Shown here one piece after another: positions 44,686 to 64,000 of a DNA stretch of 64,000 nt. The translations under genes and the position numbers were made by a program. A model generated the notes under the pieces. The model had not been told where the DNA came from. It searched no databases and saw nothing but the letters and a program-made list of their open reading frames with translations. The stretch lies in NCBI RefSeq assembly GCF_009914755.1, contig NC_060931.1; one strand, written 5' to 3'. The stretch's first letter is position 1. Each line of letters opens with the position of its first letter. This DNA comes from the human T2T-CHM13v2.0 reference genome, Homo sapiens.

Positions 44686-45384
44686 AAACATTTGTAAATT
44701 TAGATGTAATAAGATAACTATAGTGAATATTATAATTCAAGAGAAAATACAGTGCTTAACATCAACAACAAACCAACTTGAAATTTTTGAACATTTGAGA
44801 GTCAGGAATAGTAAACAATTTACAATAATGGATATAAGGCAGAATGCAATAGTTTATAATGTAGAAAATGAATTGATTCTTGGGGGATGGTTTTTCAATT
44901 AAACTAAAAGGTATATCTCTATAAATGGTTCACAAAGAAAAAACAAAACATGGAGAAAGATTTATTAAAAAGAAAACAGATAACTTGAAAGGTCTCTAGA
45001 TAAGTGGTTTGGTTTGATTTGATTAGTAACGACTTGGTTTAATTTGTCAGCGTCAGGATTGATCCATGCTGAAGAAATATTTTCTTTGATAATTTTAAAA
45101 TGGAAGGTAATTTGTTTGTCTTATAATTGGTTCAGACAACTCGGGATTTGTTATCATTGACTTAACTGCAAAGAAAAATCAAATTTATAAATAGCATGTT
45201 GGTAAAAATATTCGTAGTAAGTCATTTGACTACTTGGCAGTCAGAGTTTGAGACTGAGAAATGACTGTCTTTTCTAGAGCTCTCTCTCGATGTGGGATGA
45301 GGACAAGGGTAAAGTGGTGGTGAAAGGGTGAAGACTGGTTAGCAGGAGCTCAATCACATGTTGCCACATGTAAGCACTTAGACT

Positions 45385-45570
45385 GGATGTCAGCACACTA
45401 CCCATGGCTCAGATCTAGCCCACTGCCTGTTTCGTAAATAAAGTTTTGTTAGAACACATCTATATGCATTAATTTATGAATTTGTCTATCACAATAGCAA
45501 AGTTGTGTAGACAAAGACTTTGTGGCCCAAAAAGCCAAAAATATTTACTATCTGGTCCTTTACAGAAATA
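45385..45570. mobile_element. MER58A-like hAT element
   Basis: ccactgcctgttt.gtaaataaagtttt...aaaaatatttactatctggtcctttacagaaa. Confidence 0.8.
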
Positions 45571-46599
45571 TTTGAAAAAGTTCAAATATTATTTGAAAAG
45601 TTCAAAGTAAATTACTGTAATTTTAAAAATTAAAGCAGGTATAATAGTATTATTTTTATTAATAAAACAACATACACTGTTGTTCTTCATAATCCTTGTT
45701 CTAAACTATCTGTAGTTTTAACCAATAAGGCAAAAAGAATAATTTGCTTAGTGATAGACTGATGTAGATTAACACTTTGACTAAATCACAGTAAGAGACC
45801 TTTAAAGTGGTTATGTTATCAACAACCACAATAATAATAATAATTTGGGGTGTTCTTCCCTCTTCCTTCTTCAGTTGCTATCCAGTTAATTGAAACTTGA
45901 ATGTTAGGGAAAATCATGTGTTATGGAAAGGTAAAATGGTTGAAGATAGGATATGGTGGTTGGTACTGAGGAATGACATTCTATGTATATTTACATGATT
46001 CTGGGGGTGGTTACTACTTTGCAGATATTTTATTGGGTGGTAGATGCTTAAGTAATTCGTTTAGACACTTTTTTTTAGGTATAAGTAAAACTTACAAAAG
46101 CAAATTGATGTTTTTTTCTTTACTGTCTATACAAATTTTTTTAATGAATTTTTTTTCTTCAAGTTTCTTAGTTTAGTAGGTAACTTGATTCCCAAATTCA
46201 CTTCTCTTATTTGTACATATTGTTTGGGTCTATCTGTTAGGAGACTTTATCTGATAGGAGACTTCATTTTAAGGTTTTTAAAAAAATTTTTTTTTTAGTG
46301 TTTTTTGTTTTGAGACAGGGTCTCACTGTGTCACCCAGACTGGAATGCAGCGACGTGATCGCAGCTCACTATATAGCCTTGGCCTCACTGCTGGGCTTAG
46401 TGATCCACCTACCTCAGCCTCCCAAGTAGCTGAGACCACAGGCTTACGCCTCAATGTCCAGCTAGTTTTTGTATTTTTTTGTAGAGACAGGGTTCTGCTA
46501 TATTGTTCAGGCTGGTCTTGAACCCCTAGGCTAAAGCGATCCGTCCACCTCAGCCTCTCAAACTACTGGCATTACAGGTGTGAGCCACTGCCTAACTTT

Positions 46600-47420
46600 T
46601 TCAAGACTATTTTTTTTAGAGCAGTTTTAGGTTTACAGCAAAATTGAGAGGAAGGTACAGAGATTTCTTATATACACCCTGTCCCCACACATGTAGCCCT
46701 CATTATCAACATTCCCTACCAGAGCAGTCTCTTTGTTACAATTCACAAACCTACATTGACAAGTCATTATCACCAAGAGTTCACATTTTACATTAGGGTT
46801 CATTCTTGGTGCTATACATTCTGTGGGTTTGAAGAAATATATGATGACGTGTATCCACCATTGTGGTATCATACAGAATAGTGTCATTGCTCTAAAAGTC
46901 CTGTGCTCCACCTATTCATTCATCTCACCCCCTTCCCAACCCTAGGTAGTCATTATTTTTACTGTCTCCATAGTTTTGCCTTTTTCAGAAGTCATATAGT
47001 TTGTTTTTGTTTGTTTGTTTGTTTGTTTTGAGACAGAGTCTTGCTCTGTCGCCCAGGCTGGAGTGCGGTGGCACTATCTCAGCTCACTATAACCTCTGCC
47101 TCCTGGGTTCAAGCAATTCTACTGCCTCAACCTCCTGAGTAGCTGGGATTACAGGTGCGCGCCACCACACACAGCTAAGTTTTGTATTTTCGTAGAGATG
47201 GGGTTTTACCATGTTGGCCAGGCTGGTCTCGAACTCCTGACCTCAAGTGATCCACCTGCCTCAGCCTCCTGAAGTGCTGGAATTACAGGCATGAGCCACT
47301 GCTCCCAGCTCAGAAGTCATATAGTTTGAATCATACAGTATGTAGCCTTTTCAGATTGGCTTATTTCACTTAGTAATGTGCATTTAGGGTTCATCCATGT
47401 CTTTTCATGGCTTACTAGCT
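46600..47420 (-). mobile_element. L1MC-like 3' end with AluS insert (about 47004-47309); AluJ at about 46295-46592 precedes it
   Basis: tttagagcagttttaggtttacagcaaaattgag...; 18-bp Alu TSD cagaagtcatatagtttg. Confidence 0.82.
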
Positions 47421-47729
47421 CTTTTTTTCCTTTTATTATTTTTAATTGACACATAGTATCTATACTTATTAATGGGGTACATGTGATTTTGGTACATGTA
47501 TGTGTAATTTAAAATGTGGAGTGACTAAATCAGGATAATTAGCATGTCTATCACTTCAAACATTTCAAATGTTTGATGACTTTTAGAATTTTTTTATAAT
47601 TATCAGGTACATCTGGAATTTTAAAGATTAATTTTATATTGTGGACTTTGATACAAGTATTTTATTTGTTTTGATGTGTCTTTTTGTTTTAACGTTTTCA
47701 CTGACTTAGAAATGTTTCTCTTTATTTAG

Positions 47730-47789
47730 GAGGATGAACAAGCAAGAACAGACTACTTCATCAGGACACTCTTACTTGAATTTCAAAAT
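47730..47789 (+). CDS. PTPN12: PTPN12 exon 7 (60 nt): EDEQARTDYFIRTLLLEFQN
   Basis: tttatttag|GAG acceptor, AAT|gtaggt donor, in frame with exons 6 and 8. Confidence 0.96.
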
Positions 47790-47814
47790 GTAGGTACTTA
47801 CCATTTATAGATTA

Positions 47815-48777
<963 letters not shown>

Positions 48778-49205
48778 TTATTTTTAAAGCATGTGAAGTT
48801 AGTTTTTGTCTTTGCAAACTAATCAACTTTTAGCTACTAAAAAAATAAAACAAGCTATATAAATAGTATACTATGTTATTTAACGTAATTAATGAAATTT
48901 GGTAATTTTTTAGTTACGAAGATGAAATGAGAGTGTAATATTTAGTCTTGACATTTATGCTTATCACATTACATAAAAAGTAATATTAATTATAACATAC
49001 CCTAAATTTGTTAAATTTGGAATAGTTATACCTTCTTTGCAGCAAATATTTTTATTCTATTGCAGTAAGCAGGTTATTGCATTGTTTATATAATTATTAC
49101 CCTGTTTTACTGGTTTACAATTTGTTAAAGAAAAGTCACTATCAAAGCTAAGTCTTCATTTAGATATATATTGTTTTTAGTTGAAACCCCCCACAGCGCC
49201 CCGAC

Positions 49206-49483
49206 TTTTTTTTTTTTTTTTTTTTGGCAACAGGGTCTCACTATATATTGCCCAGGCTGGACTCAAACTCCTGAGCTCAAGCAGTCCTCCCATCTCCACC
49301 TTCCTAGTATCTGAGACTATAGGGATGAGCCACCAAACCCAGCTAAATTTTTTATAGTTTATAGAGATGAAGTCTTGCCATGTTGCTCAGGCTGCTGTCA
49401 AATTCCTGGCCTTGAGTGATCTTGCCTTTTGCATTGGCCACCCAAAGTGTTGGGATTACAGATGTGAGCCACTGAATCTGGAC
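49206..49483 (-). mobile_element. Tandem pair of FLAM-like Alu monomers
   Basis: Neither arm has the right-arm-specific gagtgcagtgg...ctcactgca segment. Confidence 0.7.
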
Positions 49484-49734
49484 TGGTTGCTAATTTTTTA
49501 ATCTACGGTAATAATAATAAGTACCTTAATGAATTTCTGTGGTAGATCAGGCATCTTAATTCTGCTAACTGCATCATATCCAGATACTGTTACGTCTGTT
49601 GCACATAGATGAAGATACAGAAGCTTTAAGAAGTTAAATAGCTTACCTGAAGTTATTTAGGAAATGGCCAAAGTAGGAATTTGAGTATGGTTTGCTTAGA
49701 TTCCGAGTATTGCTCTTTCTGTTAAACACCTGCA

Positions 49735-50022
49735 ATAACCATTCTCAAAACATTTGACATCAGTACTCCTTTACATTCTTCAAAGTTATTGAGGATCCCA
49801 AAGTTTTTGTTTCTGGGGGTTATATCTTTCAGTATATACTATATTTGAAATTAAAACTGAGAAATTTTTAAAAAACATGAATACATAAGCATATATTGTA
49901 TTGGCTGTTAAAGAATAAGGCACGTGACATTTTAGTATTATTCTGAGAATTATTTAAAGCTCATAGACTCCCTCAAAAGGGTTGAGGGGAGGGGGTACCC
50001 AGACCGTATATTGAGAACCACT
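49735..50022. mobile_element. Charlie1-related hAT fragment
   Basis: ttctcaaa...cctttacattct...ttattgaggatcccaaag...ttgagaaccact. Confidence 0.6.
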
Positions 50023-50553
50023 AATCTGTAAGAAGACTAGTGAGTTTGGCATTGGACAAATTCATCTCTCCATTCTTTTTCAGTTTAATGTTCTGTTAGT
50101 CTTCTGATTACAATGGATACTACTCTAACCTACTCTAACATGGTGCTTACGGTATATTGCTCATCCATTTAATAGTGTAGATTAGTTAAATAGTATATAT
50201 AGTGTTATGTTTACAGTACATGCTCTGGAAGTAGAACTGCCTGGTTTAGAGCCCACACTTGTCACTTCTTAGGAAAGTTTGGGCAAGTTATTTTATCTGT
50301 ATATCTCAGTTATAAAATGAGGATGGTATTAACAGTACTTTCCTCATGGAAATTAAATTGTTACATGTGAAGCCCTTAGGTATTTGGCATGTGTTTAACA
50401 GTCAATAAGTGTTGGCTATTATTTATTTGGGTTTTTTTAAAAGCAGTGCTAAATGCCACACAAATTTCTTAGAAATGGCAGTTTAAATGAGCTGTGCAAC
50501 TTTAAACTTTGCAAAGTATTTTCATAATTGTTGACTTTCTGTTTTTCTTGAAG

Positions 50554-50696
50554 GAATCTCGTAGGCTGTATCAGTTTCATTATGTGAACTGGCCAGACCA
50601 TGATGTTCCTTCATCATTTGATTCTATTCTGGACATGATAAGCTTAATGAGGAAATATCAAGAACATGAAGATGTTCCTATTTGTATTCATTGCAG
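50554..50696 (+). CDS. PTPN12: PTPN12 exon 8 (143 nt): [47 protein letters not shown](S); WPD loop and catalytic Cys231 (TGC 50692-50694)
   Basis: ttcttgaag|GAA acceptor, CAG|gtacaa donor; lies inside supplied ORF 50509..50736. Confidence 0.98.
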
Positions 50697-51099
50697 GTAC
50701 AAAAGAATTTCCCAAGTTTATAAATACATTATTTAAGTTTGATGTTACACAAGGTTTTATTTCTGCATTAATATGTTAGTAATCTTGAATTTCTCCTAGC
50801 CTTGATACAATGTTTGGGACTAGGGCCTTGTAAGTTGATGTGGTCTCATTTGGTTGACAGACCGTTTAGAGTATTGTTGCATTAAAACACAGGATCATCT
50901 ATTTGAAAATAGTATTCACATGGTGGGAAGCTATAGAACATACTCTTTTTACTGTTCACTGATTAGAGCATATAATCTCAGATCCTCATCATACTCTACT
51001 TTCTAAAGTCAGTATGGTAGTATTTTCTTTTAATCAATTTCCCTGAAACAATGACCAAGCAATTTTCATTCCTGATAAACACTGACATGAGATTTTTAA

Positions 51100-56469
<5,370 letters not shown>

Positions 56470-56492
56470 TGAAATGTTTAAAAGATAGAAGA

Positions 56493-56945
56493 CAATAGGC
56501 CTTCCTTATTCAAGACTTCACTGTCCTCAGTTTCAGTTACTCATAGTTCAAAAATATCAAATGGAAAATTTCAGAAGTAAACACTTTGTAAGTTTTAAAT
56601 GCTGCACCATTCTGAGAAGCATGGGGAAGTATGTCCTGCTTGCAAGATAAATCATCCCATGGTCCAGTGTGTACACACTGTAGACTCTACCAGCCCATTA
56701 GTCACATAGTAGATACTGCAGTTACCAGACGGACTGTCATGGTGTCCCAGTGGTTATGTTCACATGACCCTTATTTTACTTATAATGGCCCAAACCTCAA
56801 CAGTAGTGAGGTAGTGACTAGTGATAGATTGTTATAATTGTTCTAATGTATTATTAGTTATTGTTGTTAATCTCTTGTTGTGCCTGATTTATAAATTAAA
56901 CTTTATCATAGGTATGTACATATAGGAAAAATCATAGTGTATATG
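56493..56945 (+). mobile_element. MER44/Tigger7-derived element
   Basis: gtttcagttac...aaatggaaaatt.cagaa...aagttttaaat...ccttattttactt.taatggccc...aaattaaactttatcataggtatgta. Confidence 0.8.
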
Positions 56946-57133
56946 TATATGTATTCTGTGTAACAGATGTTGCCATGAACACACTGTAAGTTGTATTTTG
57001 TTTATTACTAAGTAGAATTTTGTCAAACTTCTTAAATGATTTTTTGTTTCTGAATATTAACATGTCTATCCACATTTATTTTATAGTTGTTTTATCACAA
57101 AAATCAATTGTTTTTCAAACTTTATATCCTTAG

Positions 57134-57200
57134 TGCAGGCTGTGGAAGAACAGGTGCCATTTGTGCCATAGATTATACGTGGAATTTACTAAAAGCTGGG
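57134..57200 (+). CDS. PTPN12: PTPN12 exon 9 (67 nt): (S)[22 protein letters not shown]; second half of the P-loop
   Basis: tatccttag|T acceptor, GGG|gtaaga donor; completes [10 protein letters not shown]. Confidence 0.97.
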
Positions 57201-57348
57201 GTAAGAATAATTTTTTGTAGCATTATGTTCAATTGATCTATTATGATTTTCAAACTTAATTATAATTGCAGTAAATTATAGTGTATATTTTATTATACAT
57301 GTTATTTTTTCCAAAGTAGTTTTATTAAGTAAGAAATAAAGGTAGTGA

Positions 57349-57953
<605 letters not shown>

Positions 57954-58842
57954 CATTGCCTTTTATGTTTATTCTAGGTATAAGTGTATTTCACTCAGTA
58001 TGTATTTATGCCTGCTGGAGACATTATAGTATTGTAGTCTATGAATGCTGACTCGAGCCAAATTGCCCAGATTATAATTCTGGCTTTCTCATTTACTAGC
58101 TGTGGGATCTTGGTCAAAATACTAATCCCATAGTGCCTCTATTTCTTTATCAGAAAATAGGGGTCATAGTAGTAGTAATGCATAAGAATTAAATAACTTT
58201 TGTGAAGTTCTTCAGAACTATGTGGTAAATTGTAAGTACTCAGTTTATTGTTAGTGTTGATTACTGTTGCTGTTGTGATTGTTGTTCCTACTACTGCTTT
58301 TTCCAAGAAATAGTGTTTGATACTGTGGATGATACAGAGATAAATAAGATACAGCCTTCATTATAGATTTGAAAAACAAGTCTCTTCATTATGTATACAT
58401 TTGATTCTTTTGCTGGTTCCATAATGTGTTCATTTCTAGAGAGGCGCCTTTAATCCTTCATAGCTTTATAGTTTCCATGAATTGTTCATCTTTGTCTTGT
58501 ACAGAGTAGAATTAATAAAATGTTTATTTTTTCTTTTTCTTCCTTCTTCCCCTTATTTCTCTTTTTTCCCTGCCATCTCTCCATTTTTTATTGTTGCAAG
58601 GAAATATTTACATGTTAAACAGTTCCTTAAAAAGCCCTCTGGGGTTAAATATTTTTTTCCTCAAAAACTATAATCATCTAATTCTCAAATGAAAATGCTT
58701 AAGTGAACAAAATTTAACTGGAATTCGATCACATTTTAACATAAAAGTCAAAGATTAAAATTGGAGTGAGAAGGGACACATAAATGAATGCTAGCAAACA
58801 AAACAAACATTTGGTCATTTTAAAAGTTGTGTATTTTGGATA

Positions 58843-59877
<1,035 letters not shown>

Positions 59878-60666
59878 TTAATCACTCCAAAATATTCTTG
59901 TTGATAACAGTTATGATATTTCTGCTTCTGTAAACCTCCGCCAGTTTCTCACTCTTTCAGACTGTCCTCTTCCTTGATACAAAAATTGTGTGAATATCAG
60001 ATCTTCTCATGTCAACATTGCCTATTGCAGTAGTCGCAATTCCATATACACAAAAGAATTGTCTAGGTCGTTTCATAATTAGTTCCCCAACTTGGAGCCA
60101 AAGGATCTATATTTTTACCTAGGTCTTTTAGCTGGTCCTTATATAGCCAATCCAGGAGATACTGGCCAATAGAATAAATTCAGTCTCTTTATTATGTTCA
60201 CAGTCTGATCCTAAATATCCTTATCTTCTCTCCTCCTTTGAGTACCTTCTCCTTCTTTTAGTCTTAGGCTTTGTTTACATCAAACTTCTCAATTCCCCAC
60301 ATAGATTATACATTGAATCCGCTGTGCTTATGTATATTTCCTTCACTTTTTATGGGATAACCTTCTTTTGATATCCAACTATGTTGTAGCTGCACACACT
60401 CAACAGTTAGCCATAGCCTCTTTATTCCCTGTATACTGCAGTCATACTTTGGCTGGACATAACTGTCTCCCCATCTTGAATGCTGAGGGTCAAGAACAGT
60501 TTTGTTTCCACAGTGCCAAGCACAGTGTCTGAGATGCATTAAGTGGTGTTCAATAAATGTTTGCAGTAAACCAGCAGGTATTTAAGTTTTATGTGAAAAG
60601 CTGAAGAAGATTTTACTATTTTCTGAATAGATACACAAAGTTGATGTATTAAATTTTCTGTTTTAG

Positions 60667-60744
60667 AAAATACCAGAGGAATTTAATGTATTTAATTTAA
60701 TACAAGAAATGAGAACACAAAGGCATTCTGCAGTACAAACAAAG
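60667..60744 (+). CDS. PTPN12: PTPN12 exon 10 (78 nt): KIPEEFNVFNLIQEMRTQRHSAVQTK
   Basis: ctgttttag|AAA acceptor, AAG|gtatag donor; RxQR and Q-loop. Confidence 0.97.
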
Positions 60745-60849
60745 GTATAGTTGTTTGTTTCCCTTTATAAACTGCTATTTTATAAATGCTTTCTTCTTTT
60801 TTAAAATGTTGTTTTCATTTTGTTTTTTAATCATTTTTCTCCTTCATAG

Positions 60850-60948
60850 GAGCAATATGAACTTGTTCATAGAGCTATTGCCCAACTGTTTGAAAAACAG
60901 CTACAACTATATGAAATTCATGGAGCTCAGAAAATTGCTGATGGAGTG
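60850..60948 (+). CDS. PTPN12: PTPN12 exon 11 (99 nt): EQYELVHRAIAQLFEKQLQLYEIHGAQKIADGV
   Basis: ccttcatag|GAG acceptor, GTG|gtaggt donor; follows a 105-nt intron. Confidence 0.97.
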
Positions 60949-61324
60949 GTAGGTGTTCTTGGTCTATTAATTTTAGGAAACTTTTACTCTTTGTTAAGAT
61001 GTAATATTTAGCCTTTTTTTTGTTGTCTTGTGTTTTGTCTAACATGAGAAGAATATCCAGGACACTTAACATTTTTACTTAAACTCATTTCCTTCTTATT
61101 CGTATCTGTATTATGATGGCTATTTAATGACTCCGATATAAGGTAAATTATGTTCTAAATGAAATAAAGTTAGGAAAGATCTCATGTCAAAAATCATATA
61201 ATTCGTTAATGTTTTACTTTTTTAAAAAATAATTGCATTGTTCTCTTTACTCTTCCCTTCCACCCCCACCCAAGTAATTCTGCATTGATTCTACTTGAAT
61301 TTCATTTTGTATAAAGTGTTTTAG

Positions 61325-63985
<2,661 letters not shown>

Positions 63986-64000
63986 GTTGTAGAGATGTTG

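Noticed and set aside
47727-47732. tagGAG NAGNAG acceptors at exons 7 and 11
   Set aside because: Distal GAG acceptors are rarely used and would remove only one Glu.
50509-50736. 75-aa ORF as a standalone gene
   Set aside because: It is exon 8 plus read-through into flanking intron sequence.

Overview
Primate (almost certainly human) genomic DNA from inside PTPN12 (PTP-PEST), transcribed on the + strand. The window holds the 3' ~21 kb of intron 1, ten GT-AG coding exons (exons 2-11, 840 nt, residues ~34-313, nearly the whole catalytic PTP domain: KNRY loop, WPD loop, HCSAGCGRT P-loop, Q-loop) and the start of intron 11. Everything else is intronic and repeat-dense: about 65 Alu copies or fragments, an apparently full-length Hsmar2 mariner, an apparently full-length Tigger1, old L1 pieces, ERVL/MaLR solo LTRs and MER DNA-transposon fossils. 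Nearly all supplied ORFs are Alu/L1/transposase artefacts. I see no new multi-gene system. The best leads are a candidate poison exon in intron 6, a tiny G-quadruplex-forming retro-insertion inside Tigger1, snap-back templated-insertion scars, and inverted-Alu arrangements relevant to circRNA formation and A-to-I editing. Exon coordinates were counted exactly. Repeat boundaries are approximate, and repeat subfamily names come from recalled consensus sequences, not a search.
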